A DNA stretch of 38,478 nucleotides from the IMG/VR virus record IMGVR_UViG_3300037478_000235, positions 1 through 38,478 of that record; one strand, given 5' to 3'. Of this stretch, positions 10,287 through 18,155 are shown piece by piece (the first letter of the stretch is position 1; the number at the start of each line of letters is the position of its first letter). The translations under genes were made by a program, and so were the position numbers. The notes under the pieces are model-generated. The model saw nothing but the letters and a program-made list of their open reading frames with translations, was not told the origin of the DNA and searched no databases. The DNA comes from a virus. Lineage: Duplodnaviria; Caudoviricetes.

Positions 10287-10414
10287 GATGAATGGTTTAG
10301 AGTAAGAAATATACAAAAAATATACCAGAAATGGCACAATAGGGGCTTTGGAAGAAGATTAAAATTATGGGACGCTGTAACACACGCACAGGACTTTGCG
10401 CTGCTAATGCGATA

Positions 10415-12313
10415 ATGAAAGACGCATTAGGAATAAATTGGTACGGCCCAGGGGGAGGGGCACCGACACCGGCAACACCTAATGAGGTTTCAGGACGTGC
10501 CGAGTTGTTTACAGCGTCAGGAGGTAATGATTGGGCGGGACGTGGGAATATCTTAGACGCAAGTGCACTGCTTTGGCTTTGTGCGTGGCGGGAATCCACA
10601 GGACATACGGATAATGGAGTGGGGCAAATTAACTTAAATCTTTCAGCAGACGAAGGCGACGACTGGGGAACTAAGAACGCCGGCATAACCGGATTTCCAT
10701 ATACAGCAAATATAACAGACGCAACGGGGACGGCAGACTTCCAACTGATAAAACTTCCGAATGGTTCTTTCGTAATGGTCACCCATGAACGGGATACTCA
10801 ATCAGAACTCGCTTCATGGAAATCATTCGGATTGGTAAGGGGTACCAGCGCGGCTACATCATGGGCTTTTGATTACGACTTAGGGCAGCTACTGGTTGAC
10901 GGGGCGATAATAGCGAATAAAACTAGGATTTGGGCTTGCTACGATCACTTCGTACACAACAATGACGTATTCTTTGCCTTCTCTGAGCATCAAGGAGACC
11001 TGACTTCTGCCCGGAATTTACTGTGCAAAACCCCTGATAACTTCGACACCGTTGAACTTGTTTCAGTAGTCGTAGATTACGATGAGGCCCCGACACCTAT
11101 TTTTGAAACCGGTATCGTTGACTTCTCGAACGGTGATATATTGTGGTGGGGTAGAGGCAACCAGCGCACCTTTCTGCGAATAAGTTCAAATGGCGGTCAA
11201 ACGTGGGGCACGCTGACTGAGGTAACTTTCGCAATGGGGAATGTGGGTATTGATCAACCGAGACTTAGGCGTTATGGAAAACTGATCATCGGTTCTGGTA
11301 GAGACATCAGAGCAACAAATCTCAAGTTCACCCGCAATGCAATTTGGCCAAACCACGAAAATACTTGGAGGGCATTAGGAAGTATTCCGTTTGTGAAGGT
11401 AGATTTAGATGACGACTATCTGGGTACTAATGTGGATAACGCCGGAGATACCGGCTATGCAACGGTTGTAAAAAAATCTGATGACTCTTTTTATGCAGTT
11501 GGTGGTTACGGCACATCAGTAGCTGGTTCTATTTTCAAATACGATATAGCAGCAGGAACAGCTGAGACAGAGCACAAACAAAACCTTGCCTTCGATCCCT
11601 CGACAATTAACGCTGGATTCCTACGGCTTCAGATGAACCGCGACAGCGTTAAGGCAGCGAACGGGACGACGTACGTGCACCGGGATTTGTCAACCGGGGC
11701 TTTTACCGTCACTGGTGCGGTTTATGTTTTAGATGGCGTGAAGGGTTGGTTTGACTTTAATGGTAGTTCCCGGGTTGTGGCTACTACAGTTTTCGGCAAC
11801 ACCTTATTCCGGGATTCCTTCTCTGCAGGAATGTGGCTAAAACCTGATGACGGCCAACCCGCGGCCGCCGGCGTGCTTGTACATGATGTGGCGAATCTTG
11901 GAAGCGTCGCAGAGGGACGGGTACAGATATTCTTAAACATAGACGGGACGTTCAGGGTTTTATACTCTATCGGAGGAACCACGGTGAGTGCATTTACGGA
12001 AGCCGCAGTATTTCCCAATGGCGCTACTGTGGCGACTCACGTAGCTGTAACTTTTACTTCAGGAGAACTGATAAGAATTTATGCCAACGGAGTTTTGCAG
12101 CCTCTTGTGCCCGATCCTGACGAGACGCCAGGAGGTGATATTTCAGGACTTACAATGGCGAGCTACACCAATACCACAAATCCTTTACGCTTCGGCCAAA
12201 GACTTCAGGCTCCGGGGACTAATGATCTTGGTTATGCGGGATTAATGAGAGAACTGGAAATAATGCCGGTTGTGTGGGACACTGACGACATTGCCAACTT
12301 AATGCTGAACTAA
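10415..12313 (+). CDS. Sialidase/BNR-like propeller plus LamG (ConA-like) domain protein; candidate receptor-binding protein
   Basis: Asp-boxes SADEGDDW and SSNGGQTW; FSAGMWLKP...THVAVTF...IYANG...YAGLMREL LamG pattern; start may be 10367. Confidence 0.65.
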   Translation: MKDALGINWYGPGGGAPTPATPNEVSGRAELFTASGGNDWAGRGNILDASALLWLCAWRESTGHTDNGVGQINLNLSADEGDDWGTKNAGITGFPYTANITDATGTADFQLIKLPNGSFVMVTHERDTQSELASWKSFGLVRGTSAATSWAFDYDLGQLLVDGAIIANKTRIWACYDHFVHNNDVFFAFSEHQGDLTSARNLLCKTPDNFDTVELVSVVVDYDEAPTPIFETGIVDFSNGDILWWGRGNQRTFLRISSNGGQTWGTLTEVTFAMGNVGIDQPRLRRYGKLIIGSGRDIRATNLKFTRNAIWPNHENTWRALGSIPFVKVDLDDDYLGTNVDNAGDTGYATVVKKSDDSFYAVGGYGTSVAGSIFKYDIAAGTAETEHKQNLAFDPSTINAGFLRLQMNRDSVKAANGTTYVHRDLSTGAFTVTGAVYVLDGVKGWFDFNGSSRVVATTVFGNTLFRDSFSAGMWLKPDDGQPAAAGVLVHDVANLGSVAEGRVQIFLNIDGTFRVLYSIGGTTVSAFTEAAVFPNGATVATHVAVTFTSGELIRIYANGVLQPLVPDPDETPGGDISGLTMASYTNTTNPLRFGQRLQAPGTNDLGYAGLMRELEIMPVVWDTDDIANLMLN

Positions 12314-12356
12314 TGAAAACAACCCTACCTTTACTTACCCTCTCAATCTTTAAAAG

Positions 12357-12521
12357 ATGCTTGTACTATTTTGTCTTTTCTTCACCGGGTTCGCACTGGC
12401 CATGACACGGTGGATAATTATGCAGGGCCGCCACATCCGAAAGCGAGGCATTGAAAATGAAAACTATTACTGGGAAATATTCAAAAAAGTAACTAAAATA
12501 TGGGAAAGAAAGAAGCAATAG
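12357..12521 (+). CDS. 54-aa single-TM protein (absent from ORF track)
   Basis: MLVLFCLFFTGFALAMTRWII...ERKKQ*, translated by hand. Confidence 0.45.
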   Translation: MLVLFCLFFTGFALAMTRWIIMQGRHIRKRGIENENYYWEIFKKVTKIWERKKQ

Positions 12522-12667
12522 CCGAACAGATAAGGGTTATCGAAGCGGCTCTTGAAGTCATCAAAGACTTAATCAACACAGATGATGAAGCAACTGAAAA
12601 CACTGTTCCGGGCGGCGGCGGTCCGGGATCTGGTCCCGGCGGGGGGACAGGGGGCGGCAACCCTTAG
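12500..12667 (+). CDS. 55-aa peptide with amphipathic helix and Gly/Pro tail (absent from ORF track)
   Basis: MGKKEAIAEQIRVIEAALEVIKDLINTDDEATENTVPGGGGPGSGPGGGTGGGNP*; A-rich upstream. Confidence 0.55.
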   Translation: MGKKEAIAEQIRVIEAALEVIKDLINTDDEATENTVPGGGGPGSGPGGGTGGGNP

Positions 12668-13049
12668 CCCTATATTATTTTGGGGATTCGTTGCCACCAT
12701 ATTCTGGACAGGGCCCTATGAAATATCCAACCCTACGCTTACCCTGCATTGGATTGAAGATTCGGAAAATCCGGGCGAACCATTGCGGGTAACGTTAGGC
12801 TGGTTGTTATTCACGTCAGGCAGTCTTGCGTGCATAGGGTTGCATTGGAGGCAATGGTATTTAAGAACCGGTGACATAGTGTGCAATTGGATGTTCGCTT
12901 GCTATCTGTTCGCTATTTATGAAATGCTGGTGGTGTGGGATAAACCGTGGTTCAGATTCCTTTACATTCCCATGACGTCACAAACGCTTGTTTTCTTTGG
13001 TTTCGCCTATGCTTATATTAGAAATAATTGGGTTCGTTACATCAGGTGA
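12582..13049 (+). CDS. Multi-pass membrane protein in the lysis region
   Basis: About 4 hydrophobic segments; start uncertain. Confidence 0.55.
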   Translation: MMKQLKTLFRAAAVRDLVPAGGQGAATLSPILFWGFVATIFWTGPYEISNPTLTLHWIEDSENPGEPLRVTLGWLLFTSGSLACIGLHWRQWYLRTGDIVCNWMFACYLFAIYEMLVVWDKPWFRFLYIPMTSQTLVFFGFAYAYIRNNWVRYIR

Positions 13050-13335
13050 TCTCACACTTCCGGGATGGTTCCTGTTTGTCGCCGGCGGGTTTGTGGCCTG
13101 GATGATATGGGCGACGCGCGCCCTATTCCAGAATAAAGCCAATATAGCGATTAACGAGAACATCAACAGCCAATTCCGGGTTACCATACTTGAGAAGGTT
13201 AACGAGATAAAGGGCGACATGAAGGAAATGCGCGTCGACTTCAAAGAATATACGAAAGAATTCAAGGGGCTTAAAGATCAGATCGTCCAGTTCTTTATCG
13301 AGGAAATCAAGATCCTCAAGAACAGAAGGGAGTAA
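13009..13335 (+). CDS. TM plus coiled-coil protein (holin/antiholin-like)
   Basis: N-terminal TM then charged heptads; upstream of lysin. Confidence 0.5.
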   Translation: MLILEIIGFVTSGDLTLPGWFLFVAGGFVAWMIWATRALFQNKANIAINENINSQFRVTILEKVNEIKGDMKEMRVDFKEYTKEFKGLKDQIVQFFIEEIKILKNRRE

Positions 13336-13649
13336 TGAATGAACGATTCAGCGACAGACTACTTAGGGCAGAACTACAAATCAAAAGACTTGTCTCTGAT
13401 GCTGAGAGCGAGAAGGACACAAGGAAGGAACGTAACGATGGAATAGACCTTGAACTAAAAAAGATAAAGGAGGACATCCAGGGCAACGGCAAGACAGGAT
13501 TGAAACTACAGATATTCAGCAACACAGAAAAGATTGAAGCATTGACAAAGAAAGTAGAAAGCAAGGAATGGCCTAAAGAATTAAAACTAGCTTTTGCGCT
13601 TGGGATTGCGTCACTGATTACATCACTTTTAGCAATATTTTTGAAATAA
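13335..13649 (+). CDS. Coiled-coil protein with C-terminal TM (XhlA/holin-like)
   Basis: C-terminal LAFALGIASLITSLLAIFLK; coupled to lysin. Confidence 0.5.
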   Translation: MNERFSDRLLRAELQIKRLVSDAESEKDTRKERNDGIDLELKKIKEDIQGNGKTGLKLQIFSNTEKIEALTKKVESKEWPKELKLAFALGIASLITSLLAIFLK

Positions 13650-14164
13650 TGGCAAGTTTCAATGTAGCAATAAAGCATGTTCTAAAATGGGAGGGCGGAC
13701 TCGTTGACCACCCTGCCGACCCCGGAGGACTTACCAACAGAGGCATAACGTGGGGTGTTTTCAAAGGATACGCGCATACGGTTTTAGGGATAGACCCGAC
13801 ACGGGAGAATCTGGTAAATCTTACTGAAACACAGGCCAGCGAAATCTATAGACAAGTGTTTTGGCGAAACATAAAGGGTGACCAAATCAACGATCAGAAT
13901 ATTGCCAATGCCCTTTTAGACGGTCATGTTAATATGGGCAGGAACGGAATCAAGTTGATGCAGCGGGAGTGCGGCGCTGAGGCTGACGGAATAGTCGGGC
14001 CTAAGACCATAGACGCTATCAACAACGCTGCACCGTTGGTTCTATTCCAGGGATACATAGATGCACGCAAGATTTATTACCAGAAACTGGCAGACCGAAA
14101 ACCTCAAATGGGAGTATTCCTTACTGGTTGGATAAACAGGATTGACGATTTACGATACACTTAA
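13649..14164 (+). CDS. Endolysin, glycoside hydrolase family 108 with peptidoglycan-binding domain
   Basis: EGG...DHPADPGGLTNRGIT catalytic motif; DGIVGPKT; FLTGWINR. Confidence 0.92.
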   Translation: MASFNVAIKHVLKWEGGLVDHPADPGGLTNRGITWGVFKGYAHTVLGIDPTRENLVNLTETQASEIYRQVFWRNIKGDQINDQNIANALLDGHVNMGRNGIKLMQRECGAEADGIVGPKTIDAINNAAPLVLFQGYIDARKIYYQKLADRKPQMGVFLTGWINRIDDLRYT

Positions 14165-14168
14165 TACT

Positions 14169-14381
14169 ATGAAATCAAAAAGATTGCTTCTGTCTTTCTT
14201 TACCCTGTGCGGTAACTTTTTCTTGTTTTATGTCGGCATAAAAGCTGATATGAAAGGTAATGACCTTGTTCAATTGGGTGTCGGTCTTGCAACAATAAGC
14301 CTACCCGTAATGGGGTATATTTTCGGAGAGACTTACAGACCCTCTGGGGCTATGCATGCAACTCAAAAGCCGACGGTATGA
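14169..14381 (+). CDS. Putative holin (2 TM)
   Basis: Two TM segments, directly after lysin. Confidence 0.5.
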   Translation: MKSKRLLLSFFTLCGNFFLFYVGIKADMKGNDLVQLGVGLATISLPVMGYIFGETYRPSGAMHATQKPTV

Positions 14382-14560
14382 TGCAGATAGTAGAACAAAC
14401 ACACGAAGAAAAACTGGCAATGTACATGAAGTTGCCAAAGAAACAACTGGCTGAAATGCTGATTGAATGCAATACTTTGTTAGATAAACACGGGGTCATC
14501 ATTACGAACACAGGTGACAAGCCTATACAATTCGAGCAAATATTTTACATTAAATTATGA
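14378..14560 (+). CDS. Hypothetical protein
   Basis: Coupled 60-aa ORF. Confidence 0.5.
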   Translation: MMQIVEQTHEEKLAMYMKLPKKQLAEMLIECNTLLDKHGVIITNTGDKPIQFEQIFYIKL

Positions 14561-15048
14561 CTATCCTGATCCCAATATTCCTAACCCTTGGCTTTCCTGC
14601 CTACATGGTTATCACGGACAGAAAAGTTGGAACGGCCTACTCCATAAGTGATAGCTGGTATAGTTGGAAGAAAGTCGGATACCGGGCAGCGTTCATGATC
14701 TTTCTCGCCTACATCGCCGGTGGCCTTATCCTGACAGTTCATTACGTGGAGTGGAAGCACACAGCCTCACCTATACTTTTGATAATAGGAGCCTTTACCT
14801 GTTTTGCTATCGGGATTTACGCTAACTTCAAACAGGGATGGCGGGAGTCTATGGGGCACAATATCTTTTCGGCCTCAACATTCGCGCTGGTGCTGGTTTC
14901 CTTTTACGTTGAAGGGGTTAGGTTTCCGCTGGAATCTTTCGCGTTGATGTCAGCGGTGATACTTCCTATAGACATTCCGAAGAAGACAACGGTAATTGAA
15001 ACGATTGGAATCGCGCTGGCAATCATGGGGGTTTATTATTTGGTATGA
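14557..15048 (+). CDS. Multi-TM membrane protein
   Basis: 5-6 hydrophobic segments; SISDSWY motif. Confidence 0.6.
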   Translation: MTILIPIFLTLGFPAYMVITDRKVGTAYSISDSWYSWKKVGYRAAFMIFLAYIAGGLILTVHYVEWKHTASPILLIIGAFTCFAIGIYANFKQGWRESMGHNIFSASTFALVLVSFYVEGVRFPLESFALMSAVILPIDIPKKTTVIETIGIALAIMGVYYLV

Positions 15049-15413
15049 AAAACACATGGACTATACCGATTAGTATAGTAGGCACCCTTGTCACGATCTT
15101 CGGTAGCGTGACTGGTTGGATGATCACTCATTCCGAACAGGTAACCAGTGTTAAATACATTCTCAACCATCACGAACTATTAAAAGAATCTGTCCAGAAT
15201 GCGGTTACCGAAAGGCTGGAAGTTCACGGCAGGGTCGATGAAATGAACAGGCGATTGCAATATGCGGAACAAAGGCAGGACACGCTTAACCTGAAGGTGG
15301 GCCGGATATTATTCGGCAAACTGCCTTTAGATACAGTGTACCGAGTCAACCGTCAGGGGTTACTTGTGAGGACCCCGGTATCATCACGATGGCTATTCAA
15401 TCCATACCAATGA
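15045..15413 (+). CDS. N-terminal TM plus coiled-coil protein (i-spanin-like topology)
   Basis: TM at about residues 6-28, then helical segment. Confidence 0.45.
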   Translation: MKNTWTIPISIVGTLVTIFGSVTGWMITHSEQVTSVKYILNHHELLKESVQNAVTERLEVHGRVDEMNRRLQYAEQRQDTLNLKVGRILFGKLPLDTVYRVNRQGLLVRTPVSSRWLFNPYQ

Positions 15414-15826
15414 GGTACTTGATACTGGTTCTAATTCTTTCCTCCTGTGGCCCGGCCGCTAAACTACGCCGTGCTGAAAAGCTTATCAACAAAGCGGAGC
15501 AACTTGGAGCCCAATGGCGAGTTGATACTACCTACCAGACAATAGAGGTTCCTGTAGTTCACGTTGAGTTGGATACGGTGGTAGTAACCAAACCCAATGA
15601 CACAATATATCTGGAACAGGACCGCTTGCGGGTTGAGATAATCCGAAGAGCGGACACGATAAGAGTTGCCGCCGAGTGCCTACCTGACACTATTCACGTT
15701 GAAGTTCCCGTTAGAATTGAAAGGGATATAGTAGCCCCCAAACCCTATTGGACATGGTGGAAGGTGGCGGGGGTGTCACTCATTCTTTTGATTGTGGGGC
15801 TGGTTGTCGGGAGGTTGTGGCGGTGA
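15410..15826 (+). CDS. Unimolecular spanin-like lipoprotein
   Basis: MRYLILVLILSS-C lipobox, beta-rich middle, C-terminal TM; last gene of the lysis cassette. Confidence 0.75.
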   Translation: MRYLILVLILSSCGPAAKLRRAEKLINKAEQLGAQWRVDTTYQTIEVPVVHVELDTVVVTKPNDTIYLEQDRLRVEIIRRADTIRVAAECLPDTIHVEVPVRIERDIVAPKPYWTWWKVAGVSLILLIVGLVVGRLWR

Positions 15827-15918
15827 GCTACGACTCTATCCTATTTGTAATTTCCTCATGCGCAAAGCCCAGGAGTATGGCTGAGAGTTCGGCGACACTT
15901 TGAAGTGCATAATTGCTT

Positions 15919-16116
15919 TTAGAGCTGCCATTTTCTGCCGTGATTGCTTCTGAAAGACGATTTGCGTTCTGTTTTGTTGCTGAGATTATTTCCAAATATC
16001 ATTAGTATCACGCCCAATGCCACGTACAAATGGCCGTGAATCCATACAAGGTAAGCGCCGCCGAGTCCGGCACCAAAGGCTATCGTGTGCATGATTATTT
16101 TGCTCGTTATTGTCAT
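15919..16116 (-). CDS. Small membrane protein
   Basis: Two hydrophobic segments. Confidence 0.45.
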   Translation of the reverse strand: MTITSKIIMHTIAFGAGLGGAYLVWIHGHLYVALGVILMIFGNNLSNKTERKSSFRSNHGRKWQL

Positions 16117-16122
16117 ATCTTG

Positions 16123-16266
16123 TTAAGGTTTATCCTTGCTTTTTGAAATTAATTCTTTTACCTTATTTAGTTCGGACAGAGGAACCCGTATTACTTTCGT
16201 GGGTTCTTTTCGCTTCCTGCCAGCGCCTTTGCGCTTGCCGCCGTGGGTGTTCTTTTTCTTTGTCAT
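16123..16266 (-). CDS. 47-aa basic DNA-binding-like protein (absent from ORF track)
   Basis: MTKKKNTHGGKRKGAGRKRKEPTKVIRVP...; GGxRxGAGR motif. Confidence 0.6.
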   Translation of the reverse strand: MTKKKNTHGGKRKGAGRKRKEPTKVIRVPLSELNKVKELISKSKDKP

Positions 16267-16270
16267 AGTG

Positions 16271-16663
16271 TTATCGGAAACGATTAGCAATATATCCTTT
16301 CCTGTCCCTTAGTGCCTCTCTTATTTTCTGATCACACCATTCGACAGGGTATTTACCGGCAGACTTAAAGTCCTCCATTCGGATGATAGTTTTTTCCCAA
16401 CCATTCAGTGGTTTGTTGCGTGACAATTTAACGGCGATACCTTCCATTACCTTTTCATAGTCACCCTTGACGATTTTTCCGGTAAGCATCTGATAGCATC
16501 CTGCCATAGCCGCCCTTACCTCACCGTATTCTGCCCAATTGTAGATATACCTTCCTTCGGCACCACAATGAGGACAATGCGCGCCTGAATCAGGGCCAGT
16601 GTCGTGAACGCCTAAAAATTGAAATGCCATCTTGTGATCTATGCCAGCATCAATTGTTTTCAT
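16271..16663 (-). CDS. Hypothetical protein with CxxC motif
   Basis: CPHCG...GC; has its own AT-rich upstream region. Confidence 0.6.
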   Translation of the reverse strand: MKTIDAGIDHKMAFQFLGVHDTGPDSGAHCPHCGAEGRYIYNWAEYGEVRAAMAGCYQMLTGKIVKGDYEKVMEGIAVKLSRNKPLNGWEKTIIRMEDFKSAGKYPVEWCDQKIREALRDRKGYIANRFR

Positions 16664-16910
16664 AGCCGTTGCGTTTAAGTGATATACTAATATACGGAAT
16701 TAAGTTGATATTAGTTACAACATTCAAGGAATATTTTAGGTTATTTTAGACTTTTCTGGAATTCCCGTTTTAAGACCTCCAACCCCCAAATGAGCTCAGA
16801 TATTCCCTCCCCTGAGATCGTGGCTTAGAGGGGCTGTAATGAGGTCGTTTTTCGGGGGCAGGCACCAAAATTCCTGGGCGACTGACAATATTTGCGATGA
16901 TAGCCCGAAT

Positions 16911-17231
16911 TTACACGCGATGCAATCGTTTGCGGCGAGACTTGACCAGCTCAGTAGTGTCCAACAGCCTTTTCTTTGCGCGTTCATAATTCGTCGATTT
17001 CCAGCCAAAATTTCCCCATGACTTCGATTTGGGGTATAACCAGCGATTTAGCCTGTGGTCCCACATAGGGAACACGACCTCGTAGTGGATAATATCGCCC
17101 GGTTTGGTGACCTCATACAGAAAGGCTTCTTCGGTCCTTTCCAGTTGCCGGAAGCGGAAGCCTTTTACTTCTCCCCGACCAATGAATTCTTTGGGTAGTT
17201 CTTTGCTTAATAAATTTACCATTATTTCCAT
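16911..17231 (-). CDS. Hypothetical phage protein
   Basis: FIGRGEVKGFRF...HYEV...YPKSKSWG. Confidence 0.6.
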   Translation of the reverse strand: MEIMVNLLSKELPKEFIGRGEVKGFRFRQLERTEEAFLYEVTKPGDIIHYEVVFPMWDHRLNRWLYPKSKSWGNFGWKSTNYERAKKRLLDTTELVKSRRKRLHRV

Positions 17232-17273
17232 GACTGTATTATTTCTGCTCCTGTACTATGCCTATGCCCCGGC

Positions 17274-17756
17274 TCATTTGAAATTCAGTTCTGAGAATGA
17301 TTTCCAGCCACGTTCCGTGAACTGTGTCGAGTACACTTCGCCTTTCGGCATGATCGGCCTCCAAAATTCATCGCAGAAAAGGCGGTAGTGCCAAACGCCT
17401 AATTTTTTACCCTCATCAGAGTACGGCGGTTCGGTCCACAATAATTTTTTGTTGCTAGCAAATAGCAGATCAATAATTTTGTTCAATACGGATTTGTCTT
17501 TGCCGCCCGGAAAACTAATGCTTAGGTGATAGCAGCGTTCGTACATTGGATTCTTCCACCAGCCTCCGGAATGATATCCAACGTCGCGGGTGTACAGGAT
17601 TACACACGGATACCTGACAAGATGCCACCGGCAGGATTCAAAATAGTCGGTGCGCCGCCTGCCGTCCCAAACATCTTTAATTGCCGCTGCCGTCATTCGT
17701 CTGCACGCGTCTGGAAGTAAGGTGTATTGATCTAGTACCTTCATTTCTTCTTCCAT
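17274..17756 (-). CDS. Hypothetical phage protein
   Basis: Overlaps DUF1064 end; HLSIS motif. Confidence 0.6.
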   Translation of the reverse strand: MEEEMKVLDQYTLLPDACRRMTAAAIKDVWDGRRRTDYFESCRWHLVRYPCVILYTRDVGYHSGGWWKNPMYERCYHLSISFPGGKDKSVLNKIIDLLFASNKKLLWTEPPYSDEGKKLGVWHYRLFCDEFWRPIMPKGEVYSTQFTERGWKSFSELNFK

Positions 17757-18124
17757 TTAGGTGGCCGTGACTTATGTTCAATCAATACCAGTTCGCAGGC
17801 AGGTTCTATTTCGTCTTTCAGGGCCTGAAGTAATTTCCACTTTATCATCCAGTCCTGTAACTTCACGCCTTTATACTCCCGAAATTCTACGGAGCCGTCC
17901 TTCATTATCACTTTGAAATCGCAGTAATAATTGCAGATCAAAATGCCGTTGACTCTGAGTTCTATTTTGTACTGCGGTATCCATTCCAGAATTTCACCAG
18001 CTTTCTTTAACCAATCAAGTTCTTCGGCGTATGCGGCTTCACCTTTTGAATGATACCACCTACCACCGTATTCCTGACGTATGGCCTTGTACTTGTTAGA
18101 TGCTTTCCTGGTTCGATATGACAT
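17741..18124 (-). CDS. DUF1064-like PD-(D/E)xK nuclease-fold protein; first 8 codons supplied by the TnpB cassette
   Basis: NKYKA...YHSKGEA...YYCDF...EYKG...IKWKL signature. Confidence 0.8.
   Translation of the reverse strand: MSYRTRKASNKYKAIRQEYGGRWYHSKGEAAYAEELDWLKKAGEILEWIPQYKIELRVNGILICNYYCDFKVIMKDGSVEFREYKGVKLQDWMIKWKLLQALKDEIEPACELVLIEHKSRPPKWKKK
18100..18124. repeat. Diverged copy (18/25 nt) of 19279-19303; recoded DUF1064 N-terminus
   Basis: ATGCTTTCCTGGTTCGATATGACAT vs ATGCTTTGCGTGTGCGGTAGGTCAT; minus strand encodes MSYRTRKA vs MTYRTRKA. Confidence 0.9.
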
Positions 18125-18142
18125 TACCTGCTGTTTTTGTGG

Positions 18143-18150
18143 TATATTTG
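18143..18150 (+). promoter_or_regulatory. Bacteroidota-type -7 promoter element for tnpB
   Basis: TATATTTG matches TAnnTTTG and ends 5 nt before the ATG at 18156. Confidence 0.6.
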
Positions 18151-18155
18151 AAATA

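Noticed and set aside
5900-12313. Diversity-generating retroelement acting on fibres
   Set aside because: No reverse transcriptase and no TR/VR repeat pair noticed by eye
18100-18124. Ordinary target-site duplication
   Set aside because: IS200/IS605 elements do not make TSDs, and the codon-wise pattern of differences is not random decay
18081-18155. Listed N-terminal extension of TnpB
   Set aside because: Family N-terminus begins MLRTYKYRL at 18156; the extension overlaps DUF1064 and the promoter element
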